A program made the position numbers and the translations under genes. From Promethearchaeota archaeon (lineage in GTDB: Archaea; Asgardarchaeota; Lokiarchaeia; Sigyniarchaeales; SOKP01), in contig JABCSY010000034.1 of NCBI GenBank assembly GCA_018238625.1, positions 1 through 37,413 of the forward strand: a stretch of DNA of 37,413 nucleotides, given 5' to 3'. The notes below the pieces were generated by a model. The model ran no database searches. It was not told the origin of the DNA and was given only the letters and a program-made list of their open reading frames with translations. The stretch's first letter is position 1, and the number at the start of each line of letters is the position of its first letter. This document shows, piece after piece, positions 27,738-37,413 of the stretch.

Positions 27738-29252
27738 TTGTCTGAAGTATATAAAAAATTAGAAAATATAGTCAAGGAGAAATTCATCTCTAATAGCATT
27801 TATGTAAGGCACGCGTATTCAAGAAATGTAGATCCCGTTTTACAAGGCGTACCTGACATAGTAATTAGACCGAAAGATGCTCAAGAGATTGCAGAAATTC
27901 TTAAAATTGCAAACATTGAAAATATCCCCGTCACACCTCGTGGAGGTGGTGATTGTGAATTCGGTGGAAGTAAACCCATAGGGGATGGTGGAATAGTATT
28001 AGATATGAAAAGAATGAACGAGATTATCAATTTAGACCAAGAAAATCTTATCGTAACCGTTGAAGCTGGAATTTCTTGGGGAAAATTAAACGAATACTTG
28101 TGTCATTATGGGCTTTATACGGGTTGTATGGGGCCGGGTTCTGGAATGACTGCGGCGATTGGAGGCGGAATATCTCATCATTCAGTAGGTGGAGGGGGAT
28201 GTGCAAAATATGGCGCTTGTACTAATCAATTGGTTTCGTTGGAGGTAGTACTTCCGACGGGCGATATCATAGAAACGGGTTCTCAGGCTAACAAGTACTC
28301 CAAATTTCCTTTCAATCGATTTGGTAATGGTCCTGATTTAGCCGGTCTTTTTTGTGGTGATAATGGAATTTTTGGCGTGAAAACTAAAGTTTCGTTGCAA
28401 ATATTTCCAAGACCACCGTTCGCAGCATATAAAACGTTTCAATTGCCTCGAAAGGAAAGGCAAGTTTCGGCAAAAATAATGACTGAAATTAGGCAAAAGG
28501 GAATTGATGTTTACGATGTTATGTATATAATGGACCTTATTGTTAGAATAGGTTGTGAACGTGGAATGTTTCCGTTTTGGGAAAACTTGAAAAAAAAGAG
28601 AGGTATAATCTTTTATACGATCGAAGCAAATTCGGAAAATGAATTAGAGGAGAAAGTAAAACAATTAAACGAAATAATGTTAAATAATAAGACAGAAGAA
28701 CTGGGTCCAGAAATTTCCGAAGGGAACATGGCTAAATGGCATTATACCGAACAAGGTCATTGGCAATTCTATCATAACTTATGGGGGATGTCTCCCTGTA
28801 TGGAACCATTAACAGCAGAATGCTTTAGTTCGATCAATTCATATCCTCCAATTTTAAACGATATCGACCAATGGGACATGGAACATAGTGAAGATATGCA
28901 AAAAATTTTAAATATTACAAAAAGTCGTCCGATTGCAGGGAGTGGGCCAATTGTTTTAGTTGATGGAAATAACGTAGAAATAACATGTGGTTTTACTAGT
29001 TTTGGAAGTTATTTCGAAGGAGAAAACCATGAAATTCTCAAGGAGTTAAATTTAAAGCTCTGGAAATCGCTATTAGAAAGAGTGACAAAAAGCGGGGTTC
29101 AGTGGTATATGATGGGAGATTTTATGTCTCGTCTAATGGTCGATATTGGAGCTTACACGCCTGAGTATTATAATTTTATGAAATCAATAAAAAATGTTCT
29201 TGACCCTAAATCAATAATAAGTAGAGGAAAATTTAATTTTTGGGGGGATTGA
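27738..29252 (+). CDS. FAD-binding oxidoreductase (GlcD-like), paralog 2
   Basis: Colinear and highly similar to 25773..27290; start TTG 27738 chosen by alignment with the paralog and an upstream GAGGT. Confidence 0.92.
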   Translation: MSEVYKKLENIVKEKFISNSIYVRHAYSRNVDPVLQGVPDIVIRPKDAQEIAEILKIANIENIPVTPRGGGDCEFGGSKPIGDGGIVLDMKRMNEIINLDQENLIVTVEAGISWGKLNEYLCHYGLYTGCMGPGSGMTAAIGGGISHHSVGGGGCAKYGACTNQLVSLEVVLPTGDIIETGSQANKYSKFPFNRFGNGPDLAGLFCGDNGIFGVKTKVSLQIFPRPPFAAYKTFQLPRKERQVSAKIMTEIRQKGIDVYDVMYIMDLIVRIGCERGMFPFWENLKKKRGIIFYTIEANSENELEEKVKQLNEIMLNNKTEELGPEISEGNMAKWHYTEQGHWQFYHNLWGMSPCMEPLTAECFSSINSYPPILNDIDQWDMEHSEDMQKILNITKSRPIAGSGPIVLVDGNNVEITCGFTSFGSYFEGENHEILKELNLKLWKSLLERVTKSGVQWYMMGDFMSRLMVDIGAYTPEYYNFMKSIKNVLDPKSIISRGKFNFWGD

Positions 29253-29256
29253 AAAA

Positions 29257-30489
29257 ATGAGTGAGTTAAAACATTTAAAAAAGGAATGGAAAGCCATATT
29301 TAGCTGTATGGGATGTGGGGACTGCGGATACGCCATAAGACCCGCAGTTGATAGATATTTAACTTGTCCGGTTAAGGAAGCTAAAGGAGGAGGAGGTTTT
29401 GAAATTTGTTTTTCTCGAGGAAGAATGAACGTTCTTAAAAGCATATTAGAAGAACAGATTCCTCTTTCCAAAGAGCTCGCGGAATTCGTTTACGAGTGTA
29501 TGGAATGCGGGAATTGTACAGAAGTGTGTCATATGTCTCAAAACGAGTATATCGTTCTTAATACGTCTAAATGGATCGACCATGTAAAAGTATGGGAAGC
29601 GCTAAGAAAAGATCTAGTAGAGGCTGGCTTCGCTCCACTTGATAGACACGGAAAGTTAATTGATTACATGAACGATGAAACTATGAGAAATCCTTACGGC
29701 GAAGAAGAAGCAAAAAAATTCGAGTGGACAACTGAATTTCCCGAAATCAAGGACAAAGGAGAACTAGTGTTTTTTGGAGGGTGTACGATGCCTTTAAGAC
29801 AAGTAGATACGTTAAAAAGCATGATGAAAATTTTAAATGCTGCTGGAAAAGATATCGCAATGTCTAAAAATGAGTGGTGTTGTGGTTCTGTTGCCTTGAG
29901 GATCGGCGATGAAAGGGCTCTAACTGATATAATTAGGCATAACATAGAAGTTTTTAAGAATATGGGCGCTAAAACAGTCTTTACAGCATGTGCAGGATGT
30001 TATAGAACTTGGAAAAAGGATTATCCTGAATTGTTAGGTGAGGAATTACCGTTTGAAGTAAAACACATTACGGAAATTTTAGTTGAGATGTTAAACAATA
30101 ACGAGATACCATTTAAATCCGTAGAAGGCGCGGAAATCACAACTTGGCACGACCCATGCCATTTAGGACGTCACATGGATCTTTACGATATACCTAGAGA
30201 AGTATTATCGAAAATTCCGGGAATTGAACTAATAGAAATGAAAAGAAACCGTAAGGATGCTTGGTGCTGTGGGGCTGGAGGAGGCGTAAAAAGTCAATTT
30301 CCCGAATTGGCTCTTGACATCTCAAAAGAGAGAATTCAAGAAGCCATAGATACGGGCGCAAAAATCTTAACTACGAGTTGTCCCTTCTGTATCGGTAATT
30401 TGAGCGATGCGTATAAAGAAATGGGCACTGAAGCTCGAGAAAAAATTCAAGTAATTGACATAATTGATTTGATCGCAAATAAAATCTAA
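29257..30489 (+). CDS. Fe-S oxidoreductase, HdrD/GlcF family
   Basis: CMGCGDC...CP, CMECGNCTEVC, WCCGS, ACAGCYRT, WHDPCHLGR, WCCGAGGG, TSCPFC. Confidence 0.92.
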   Translation: MSELKHLKKEWKAIFSCMGCGDCGYAIRPAVDRYLTCPVKEAKGGGGFEICFSRGRMNVLKSILEEQIPLSKELAEFVYECMECGNCTEVCHMSQNEYIVLNTSKWIDHVKVWEALRKDLVEAGFAPLDRHGKLIDYMNDETMRNPYGEEEAKKFEWTTEFPEIKDKGELVFFGGCTMPLRQVDTLKSMMKILNAAGKDIAMSKNEWCCGSVALRIGDERALTDIIRHNIEVFKNMGAKTVFTACAGCYRTWKKDYPELLGEELPFEVKHITEILVEMLNNNEIPFKSVEGAEITTWHDPCHLGRHMDLYDIPREVLSKIPGIELIEMKRNRKDAWCCGAGGGVKSQFPELALDISKERIQEAIDTGAKILTTSCPFCIGNLSDAYKEMGTEAREKIQVIDIIDLIANKI

Positions 30490-30526
30490 ATTTTTTTTTC
30501 TAAATTTTTCTATTTGTTTTCTTATA

Positions 30527-31075
30527 TTAATTAACAAATATTATTTTTAATAGAATAATAGTACCACAGGTTAAAGCACCAGTTATAATTGGGGTTATAA
30601 CTGCCCAGCCTGGAAAAAAGACGCTCCAGAAATTAAGAGGGAGGTCACTACCAACAGGAATTGGTGAAAATGGTGGAAAATTTTGTACCATTGCCATCCA
30701 AAAGATTGGTGCAATAATAAGTAATATTCCACATAAAAACCATACCCATAATACAATTTTGGTAAATTTATTACCTTTCCTAGATATAAAAGCCGCTGAA
30801 ATGCTGTTAACGATGAAAATGGACGCACCAACTATTATTAATACAGTACATATAATCCCAATATTAAGGATCAACGGATCAGAAATAAATCCCTTTGCCA
30901 TGCCATAATCCCATATACCTAATCTATCATACCAACCCCACATCCAAAAAATTAAGTGCCCACTACTCTCAAAATAATAAGCTGCTGGAGTAAAAATTGC
31001 TCTGAGCGTTAGAAGTCCGCCAATTAATGGCAATATCCAAATAAACCTTTTAATTTTGATTTTAATATTTAACAC
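30527..31075 (-). CDS. Hypothetical four-TM membrane protein
   Basis: 182-aa ORF with four hydrophobic segments and aromatic-rich loops (FWMWGWY, FWSVFFPGW). Confidence 0.65.
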   Translation of the reverse strand: MLNIKIKIKRFIWILPLIGGLLTLRAIFTPAAYYFESSGHLIFWMWGWYDRLGIWDYGMAKGFISDPLILNIGIICTVLIIVGASIFIVNSISAAFISRKGNKFTKIVLWVWFLCGILLIIAPIFWMAMVQNFPPFSPIPVGSDLPLNFWSVFFPGWAVITPIITGALTCGTIILLKIIFVN

Positions 31076-31263
31076 TCTATAAATTTTTTAAAAAAACTCT
31101 TTTTATTGTTTAGGTCCTAAATAATAATTGAAATATCTTTATTTATAAATTACATAAAGTTAATTTTTTTTATACACTTAAACTTTTTTTTTTTCTAAAT
31201 TTTCTTTTTAGTGAAAGTAATCTGAATGGTAATATTCAAAAACAATAAATTTTTTTCCTAATT

Positions 31264-31941
31264 ATGGGGAATTTGGATATTTATTTACAACCTACTAAAT
31301 TTTTCGATTTTAACAAGAAATTTGTTCGGGATAAAGCTTTTGAAATTACCGAAGGGTTAGAAACTGAAAAAGAAAAAGCCATTGCTCTTTTTTATTGGGT
31401 AAGAGATGAAATTAAATATAACATGCACACATATATTCCGTCAATAAAGGCAAATTTTAAAGCAAGCGTAACTCTACGACGAAAAAATGGTTTTTGCGTC
31501 TCAAAATCCGTACTATTATCTTCCTTTGCGAGGGCTATTGGAATTCCAGCGAGTATTCATTTAGTAGACTTGATAAATCATAAGATCTCTCAAAAAATAA
31601 TAGATTTTATGGGAACGAATGTCATGCATTATCATGGCTATAGCGAACTTTATCTGAATAATAAATGGGTAAAATTAACGCCTTCCTTTGACCCGAAAAC
31701 AGCACTAAAGGGCGGTTTTATTCCTATGGTTGAATTCGATGGCGAAAACGATGCAGTTTTTGCTGTATACGATAACGAAGGTAAGCTATTTGGAGAATAC
31801 GTCATGGATAGAGGCATCCACGCCGATTTACCGCTTGAGGAAATTGAAAGAGTATTTGAAGAAAAATATCCTATATTTTCTGACTATAAAAAAGGACTCC
31901 CTATTCTACCCGCAAAAGATAAAACTTTAGCATATAAATAA
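31264..31941 (+). CDS. Transglutaminase-like superfamily protein
   Basis: LFYWVRDEIKY, GFCVSKS (Cys), RAIGIPA, HGYSELYLNNKWVKLTP. Confidence 0.88.
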   Translation: MGNLDIYLQPTKFFDFNKKFVRDKAFEITEGLETEKEKAIALFYWVRDEIKYNMHTYIPSIKANFKASVTLRRKNGFCVSKSVLLSSFARAIGIPASIHLVDLINHKISQKIIDFMGTNVMHYHGYSELYLNNKWVKLTPSFDPKTALKGGFIPMVEFDGENDAVFAVYDNEGKLFGEYVMDRGIHADLPLEEIERVFEEKYPIFSDYKKGLPILPAKDKTLAYK

Positions 31942-31950
31942 AAGAGAAAT

Positions 31951-32877
31951 TTAACTAAAATAGCTTTCTTTTAAACCTAATTCTCGTAAATATATTTTAA
32001 ATTTACCTAATTTTCCCCCGTAGTTTCCGGCAGAAATTTTAAGCAAACCATCCATGTCTAAAATTCCTTCTATTATTTTTGCCGTTGTTAACTCAACCGT
32101 TTCAAGATCAAGGGCGTTGAAAATTATTTCTGGAATAGATAAAACTCCTTCAGGGACCTCAAATTCTTCTGAGGATAATTTATCCTTCAATGTTGGGCAG
32201 AAAGGATGATTTGTAGGTGGGCCAATCTCAGGATATTTCGCGTCGGGTGGTACTGGTTTAGAACCTGCTGAGCACACGTCAAAAGTCGTGCATACATTGT
32301 TTAATCCCGCAACGATTCTTACGGCTTCTCGTCCTACTTTGATACCAGAATCGACAGAATCACAAAAAAACCATAAATTTCCTCCCATTACTCCTTTCGC
32401 ATAAGATATTTCTTCTTCAATTAAAAAATCATATCCCATCATAATCGGAACAGAAATTAGCTTTCGATCGAATTTCTCGATTATTTCTTCGTATCCATCA
32501 CCACAATGTCCCACATTATCCATCATATTAAGTTTAGCGTCAATTTTTTTAGGATAATAATCAAAAACGGCAGTGGTTGGAACTACAAGAATACCTTGTC
32601 TCATTCTCCTCCCTAATTGTTCGTAGAATTTAGCTGTTGCCTTTTTTCCAGTTCCCGTTACCCATAATTGAACGATTGCCCCCAATCTTCCATCAATTGT
32701 CTCTTTTTCAGAAAGCCACCTTACAATTCCACCTTCAGCGTCCCCAAAAACCGTAGAAGGCAACGCAGTGAAGGCGTTTACGGCTCTATTTAGGAATTCA
32801 GCATCTTGGGCGGTCACCATTAACTGTATAACAAGGCCTTCAAAAGCTTCACAATAAGTATTTTCAATAATCGTCAT
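31951..32877 (-). CDS. ftr: Formylmethanofuran--tetrahydromethanopterin N-formyltransferase
   Basis: IENTYCEAF, GVMGGNL, SAGSK, TNHPFCPTL, IPEIIFN, ISAGNYGGKLG. Confidence 0.93.
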   Translation of the reverse strand: MTIIENTYCEAFEGLVIQLMVTAQDAEFLNRAVNAFTALPSTVFGDAEGGIVRWLSEKETIDGRLGAIVQLWVTGTGKKATAKFYEQLGRRMRQGILVVPTTAVFDYYPKKIDAKLNMMDNVGHCGDGYEEIIEKFDRKLISVPIMMGYDFLIEEEISYAKGVMGGNLWFFCDSVDSGIKVGREAVRIVAGLNNVCTTFDVCSAGSKPVPPDAKYPEIGPPTNHPFCPTLKDKLSSEEFEVPEGVLSIPEIIFNALDLETVELTTAKIIEGILDMDGLLKISAGNYGGKLGKFKIYLRELGLKESYFS

Positions 32878-33019
32878 TTTATAAATTCACTATTTAGATT
32901 CTTATAATTCTAAGATAATATCATAATGTTTCGATTAAATAAAAATTTAAAATCAAATGCTTATTAACTATTAATTAAGAATAATTTTAATATGAAAAAA
33001 TATACTGAGAATCTATATT

Positions 33020-33943
33020 ATGCCAGTTGGAATATATCTCTACGAAATAGACGAATCTTTTGGACCAAATGTATTAGCAGAATATTATTTGGCTCAAGAA
33101 AATAAAATTGATCCCGAAATTTTAAAAGATTTCGAAGAAAAACACATCCAAAACAAATTTTTGGATACAATATGTTGGAGAGAAGATTTAAGGTTTTATT
33201 CGTCAAAAATAAGAGCAGAATCTATTGAAAGAGACAATCTCTTCTTAGGTTTTGTCTTTAAAAATGATGAAGACTTAGTTTCTTTGAAGAGTATACTCGA
33301 TAACATCGCTACTAAAGTTGTTGAAGAATTTTCAAAGGACAAAGGAAAATTAGAAGCGTTGTTCAAAAAAGAATTTGACTCCATTTTCACTTTAATGGAA
33401 AAGTTAAAAGAACCGACTCTGATTAAAGAAACCATCAATGATAAAACCAAAAAAATGCTTGACGACGGAAAGTTGCAAGAAGCTAGAGAATTAATAGATT
33501 TAGGTGAAGATATCCCTGAGAAGATGTCAGAGGAAATCAAACTTGCTGAGCAATTATTAAACGATAAATTTTATAAAAGGGCTAGAAAAAGCTTCCTTAA
33601 AGCTGCTGAATTAGCCGAAATTATCCAGGAAAACGATGTAGTCTTGTTTTTGACAAGCAAAGCTGACCAAATAGTAAAATTTCCCGAATTAATTAAAGAT
33701 CGCGAAAATATACACAGAGAAATGGAAAAAAAAATTGAGGCGTTCCAACATAATAAGCTTCATCTATATCACGAGTTAATAAGACCTATAGATACTTTAA
33801 TAAATATTTCAAATTCCTTTGAGGATCAAGAATTAACAATAAGTTTAACTGAATTACTAAAGAGTTTCAAAAGAGCAGACCAATTAGCAAAGGAATTGTT
33901 TATTTTAGATACAAAAATCAAAGAACATTTCGAAAAACTTTAA
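33020..33943 (+). CDS. Hypothetical protein: uDENN/longin-like N-terminal domain plus helical bundle
   Basis: GIYLYEIDESFGPNVLAEYY resembles the FDxxxGP start of uDENN-type longins; helical C-terminus with a TPR/MIT-like segment AEQLLNDKFYKRARKSFLKAAELA. Confidence 0.6.
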   Translation: MPVGIYLYEIDESFGPNVLAEYYLAQENKIDPEILKDFEEKHIQNKFLDTICWREDLRFYSSKIRAESIERDNLFLGFVFKNDEDLVSLKSILDNIATKVVEEFSKDKGKLEALFKKEFDSIFTLMEKLKEPTLIKETINDKTKKMLDDGKLQEARELIDLGEDIPEKMSEEIKLAEQLLNDKFYKRARKSFLKAAELAEIIQENDVVLFLTSKADQIVKFPELIKDRENIHREMEKKIEAFQHNKLHLYHELIRPIDTLINISNSFEDQELTISLTELLKSFKRADQLAKELFILDTKIKEHFEKL

Positions 33944-33979
33944 TTTTTTTTAATCTAAAAAAGAGATATTTTAAGCTCC

Positions 33980-35803
33980 TTATAGTTCAGTATCCTCTGA
34001 AGGTTCTTCAACTTGAGGGGGGACAAATTCTCCAATATCGGTGAAAATTATCTTTGCAATATTCCATCCTTCTTTAGTTGGGGATTTTAACGCATTTGCT
34101 ATTAAGTTTTCTCCTAGTATATTATTCAACTCTACTTTATGAATTTCTGAATTGTTTTGCAAAATCATATCAAATTTCGCACCGCCACTACCCGTTGGCA
34201 CGATTAGTATAGCTGAATCAATAGCTTTTTGTTCAATCGCATCTTTCAATCGTTTAGCTGCGTAATAACCTGCAACCCCTGCGCTTCTATCGAAATTCTT
34301 ACAGGAAGGTATTTCTAAACCCCATTTTTTACCCCCAGTTTCAATTAAAGCAGCTAAAGTTTGAGATTTCTTGCCAAGCATAAATTTATATTCCATTTGA
34401 GTTTTGAATTTTTTCCCTTTTTGTTCTCCTACATTGTCAATACATTTTAGTGCGGCGCCCGCAACCGATTGAGGGTTAACATCGATCGTATATTCTTCTT
34501 CCGCTAATATTTCTTCAATAGTCCTTTTAATAATTTCTCTAGGCTTCGAAAAATCTACTATCTCTTCTTTTTCTGTCCGTGGTTTTGCTGTTGCTACCAT
34601 CTCTACGCCTGCCTTTAATAATTCTTCTACGCTCATTTCGTCCGTCACAATTTTTTCAATAAATCTTCTACAAAGTTTGATGGAATTCCTTGGATTTCCT
34701 TTAGTCTTTTCATAAATCATCTCAATTAATTTTTCGTTTAACGGAAATAACGGGTATAATGGAGGATTTAAATTGTTATCTTCCCAAAAGACTTCCATAG
34801 ATTTACTAAAGAATATTTTTAAATCGTTCAAACTAAAAGGTTTTAACTCTTGTTCAGGTTCCATCCTTGAGCGTAATGGGTCATCTGCGATCTCTAAAAT
34901 ACGTGGCCAGATTTCTTTTAAAACAGCAACAACAATAACTAAACTTTTAACTTCATTATATAATCGTTTTAATATTTCAAGCAATTTTTGTTCTGCAATT
35001 TCGCCATGCATCCTATACGGAGACTCTAACTCGTCAAAATAAAGAATTAGCACTCTATCTAGATTTTCAGTAATTATTTTAATCATGGCAAGGCATACAT
35101 CGTCCTCTTCCACGACAGAATTAATTCCAAGTTCACTCAATTCTTCGTCTTGTAAATCTTCACCGAGAAGCCATCTTTCAGCAAGACCTCTTTTATTTTT
35201 ATCTAATTGATAAGTTACAAGGGCCTTAACACAATCAGCAAATACTCCAGGGAATTCTCTTATACCTATTTGAATTACTTCATCGATTTTAGGCTTCTGA
35301 AACAATCCCCCCTTTTTGCCTCCCCATTTTTCTTTAACTAATTTTTTTGAGACGATATCGAGAATTTCTGGTCCACATTCCTCAATAATGCAAGTATATA
35401 CGTGGAGTAAAACGCGAATTGCAGCTGGTGGGCTCGGTACATAAACTATTGTCCAATCAACTGGTTCCAGTTGACTCGCCTCAATTTCTTCTGCTTCAAT
35501 AGTTTGCTCTATCTTTCTTTTATTTGCTCTTTCTTTGTCCTTAAATGAATGGTAAGCGTGAGTTTTTCCTGTGCCCGCTGAACCTAACAATGGTAACATT
35601 CTACTTGATTTGTCGCGCGATGTCTGACGTACTAATCTATAAACTTCGCGATCAATATAACTTCTTGGCCTGCTTATATCAATTTTATCTGGGATATCTC
35701 CTCGTGAGACAAAATTGCTGAAGGGTAAGATAGGGGCTTCTCTTAGAACATCCAAATACATTTCTTTATCGTCGTCACTTAATTCTGAGTAAATAAAAAT
35801 CAA
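33980..35803 (-). CDS. AAA+/P-loop ATPase with additional C-terminal alpha/beta domain
   Basis: Walker A GSAGTGKT, Walker B LYFDELE, arginine finger LRSRM, sensor-2-like GNPRNSI. Confidence 0.82.
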   Translation of the reverse strand: MIFIYSELSDDDKEMYLDVLREAPILPFSNFVSRGDIPDKIDISRPRSYIDREVYRLVRQTSRDKSSRMLPLLGSAGTGKTHAYHSFKDKERANKRKIEQTIEAEEIEASQLEPVDWTIVYVPSPPAAIRVLLHVYTCIIEECGPEILDIVSKKLVKEKWGGKKGGLFQKPKIDEVIQIGIREFPGVFADCVKALVTYQLDKNKRGLAERWLLGEDLQDEELSELGINSVVEEDDVCLAMIKIITENLDRVLILYFDELESPYRMHGEIAEQKLLEILKRLYNEVKSLVIVVAVLKEIWPRILEIADDPLRSRMEPEQELKPFSLNDLKIFFSKSMEVFWEDNNLNPPLYPLFPLNEKLIEMIYEKTKGNPRNSIKLCRRFIEKIVTDEMSVEELLKAGVEMVATAKPRTEKEEIVDFSKPREIIKRTIEEILAEEEYTIDVNPQSVAGAALKCIDNVGEQKGKKFKTQMEYKFMLGKKSQTLAALIETGGKKWGLEIPSCKNFDRSAGVAGYYAAKRLKDAIEQKAIDSAILIVPTGSGGAKFDMILQNNSEIHKVELNNILGENLIANALKSPTKEGWNIAKIIFTDIGEFVPPQVEEPSEDTEL

Positions 35804-35985
35804 CTCTATTTAATTACTTTAAATATTGTGTATCAAACTTTTTGATTGGAATAACTTTATTAAACTAAACAATTTTTTCTAGAATAAAGCTATTATGTTT
35901 ATAGCTTTAGTATTTATATTTAAATCTATATTTAAAAATTTAAGTGTAATTAATATCTACATATATTTTACTATGATGTGATACT

Positions 35986-36648
35986 ATGCCGGGAAAAGAC
36001 GATTACGAAGACAAAGATGAGGAAGATGAATATAATGATATTTTTAATATGATTAAAGGTTTTGGGGGTCCCAACAACCCTTTCAAAAATTTAGACCCTG
36101 CCAAATTATTTAATTCAAAAGAATTTCAGAAAATGTTTAAAGAAATCTTTAAACAAATCTCAAAAAATTTACCAGAAGATTTACAAGGACTTTCACCAGA
36201 AGATTTTACAAAAGAAATAATGAAAAATAAATCTAAAGTTGGAGCTAAAGGGCCAATAATATATGGGTTCAATATCGGTATCGGTCCAGACGGAAAACCT
36301 AGTATGGGATCGTTCGGAAATATTGAAAAGGAACCCCTTACAGGTGAAACTAAAGTAAGAAAGACGAGAGAACCACTGGTGGAAGTTAACGAAGAGGAAG
36401 ACCAAATCGTAGTTATTGCCGAAATGCCAGGAGTGAGAAAAGAGGATATCGAAATAAACGCTACAAACCGATCTCTAACTATTTCTACCGAAAAGATTGT
36501 TTTAGGGCGAAAATATTACAAAGAGATAGAATTGCCAAACGCTATTAACTCAGATTATGCTAAGGCTCGCTATACCAACGGGATTCTTGAGATCAAGTTG
36601 AAAAAATTAAAAGGAAAAGAAAAAGGAACAAGTATTGAAATCGATTAA
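35986..36648 (+). CDS. hsp20: Archaeal small heat shock protein
   Basis: GPIIYGFNIGIGPDGKP...FGN, REPLVEV, AEMPGVRKEDI, ARYTNGILEI. Confidence 0.95.
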   Translation: MPGKDDYEDKDEEDEYNDIFNMIKGFGGPNNPFKNLDPAKLFNSKEFQKMFKEIFKQISKNLPEDLQGLSPEDFTKEIMKNKSKVGAKGPIIYGFNIGIGPDGKPSMGSFGNIEKEPLTGETKVRKTREPLVEVNEEEDQIVVIAEMPGVRKEDIEINATNRSLTISTEKIVLGRKYYKEIELPNAINSDYAKARYTNGILEIKLKKLKGKEKGTSIEID

Positions 36649-36828
36649 GAAATTTTAATTCCATTGGGATATTTTTTGTAACAATTAAATAACCAAGATA
36701 TTTACTGACGGAATTTTGAAGTGCATTTTTCATAATACCAAAGTTTATCAAATTTAAAAATATACATTACATGCTTGAACAGAGATATTTATAGTTTCAA
36801 GTATAATATTAAAATTTGGTGAAAGTAA

Positions 36829-36969
36829 ATGTCTAATAGAAATTATGGCGATAGAACGATGCACAAAGCTACATGTGCCGACTGTGGAAACGAGTGCGAA
36901 GTTCCATTTGAGCCTAAGGAAGGCAGACCTGTTTATTGTCGAGATTGTTATAAAAAGCATAGAAGATAA
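36829..36969 (+). CDS. CxxC-x17-CxxC zinc-ribbon small protein (46 aa)
   Basis: Hand-translated MSNRNYGDRTMHKATCADCGNECEVPFEPKEGRPVYCRDCYKKHRR; below the ORF-track length cutoff. Confidence 0.9.
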   Translation: MSNRNYGDRTMHKATCADCGNECEVPFEPKEGRPVYCRDCYKKHRR

Positions 36970-36985
36970 TTAATTCTATTTTTTC

Positions 36986-37012
36986 TAAGTTTTGGTTACA
37001 ACCAAAAACTTA
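36986..37012 (+). terminator. Inverted repeat downstream of the CxxC gene, putative terminator
   Basis: TAAGTTTTGGTT-AC-AACCAAAAACTTA, flanked by T-rich tracts. Confidence 0.45.
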
Positions 37013-37158
37013 TTTTCTAACTTTATCTAGTAATAATTTTTTTATTTCTTTTTTATTGTTTATTGTTTTTTTAATGAGAATATCCTTTAGAAGGAAAGTT
37101 TCTATCATCATGTTTAATTATTGATCAAATTTAGGGTAGCTTAATTATATTTTTTCTT

Positions 37159-37178
37159 CGTGAAACGCCAATTTCACG
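37159..37178. promoter_or_regulatory. Palindromic candidate operator
   Basis: CGTGAAA-CGCCAA-TTTCACG immediately before TTTATATATA (37181), upstream of the VOC gene. Confidence 0.45.
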
Positions 37179-37264
37179 CCTTTATATATATTAAATAATA
37201 CTATTCTAATTATTATCTCAATATTATATTTATATCTAATTTAATTATTCAATAAGATGATAAA

Positions 37265-37413
37265 ATGGTAAATGAATCAGAAAAAGAGAGCTTAATTCGA
37301 AAAGTGGATTGCATTAGGATACCCGTTTCAGATCTTGAATCTGGCCTTAAATTTTATCGAGACTCCCTTGGTCATGAACTTATTTGGCGCACAGAAACTA
37401 GTGTTGGTTTGCG
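37265..37413 (+). CDS. VOC/glyoxalase family protein (partial, runs off the right edge)
   Basis: Hand-translated MVNESEKESLIRKVDCIRIPVSDLESGLKFYRDSLGHELIWRTETSVGL; VSDLxxxxxFYRDxLG motif. Confidence 0.8.
   Translation, partial: MVNESEKESLIRKVDCIRIPVSDLESGLKFYRDSLGHELIWRTETSVGL

Noticed and set aside
31264-31941. Missing catalytic Asp (KLTP instead of xxDP) in the transglutaminase-like protein
   Set aside because: This variant is, to my knowledge, common in this subfamily; Cys and His are retained.
31951-32877. ftr as evidence of methanogenesis
   Set aside because: Ftr is part of the archaeal H4MPT Wood-Ljungdahl branch found in non-methanogens; no mcr or mtr genes are present here.
5668-36405. 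Remaining short ORF-track entries nested in or antisense to longer genes
   Set aside because: They overlap well-supported CDSs and lack recognisable motifs.
36754-36960. Minus-strand 68-aa ORF
   Set aside because: Overlaps the clearly recognisable plus-strand CxxC-x17-CxxC gene.

Overview
AT-rich archaeal chromosome segment, most likely Asgard archaea (Lokiarchaeia/Promethearchaeota). This is inferred from ftr, archaeal Hsp20, longin-like proteins, GGAGGTG ribosome-binding motifs and repeated GlcD/HdrD pairs. About 31 CDSs were found; no rRNA, tRNA, CRISPR array or transposase was seen. The main feature is a tightly packed six-gene minus-strand operon (about 12095-21248). It encodes two ABC-2 permeases, a normal ABC ATPase, an extracellular prenyltransferase-repeat/TM/ABC-ATPase fusion, a UBC/RWD(UEV)-like domain fused to a catalytically dead ABC ATPase, and a longin domain fused to four TM helices. 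It appears to be an ABC exporter joined to eukaryote-like trafficking modules, and two of its genes seem to start at non-canonical codons. Other points of note: a >1420-aa ORF missing from the ORF track (prenyltransferase barrel, winged helices, coiled coil, PCI-like domain), a membrane-anchored legumain/caspase-clan peptidase with an inserted beta-sandwich, a uDENN/longin-like protein, an AAA+ ATPase, and a chimeric duplication scar beside a two-component system. All domain calls come from reading motifs by eye, not from database searches.
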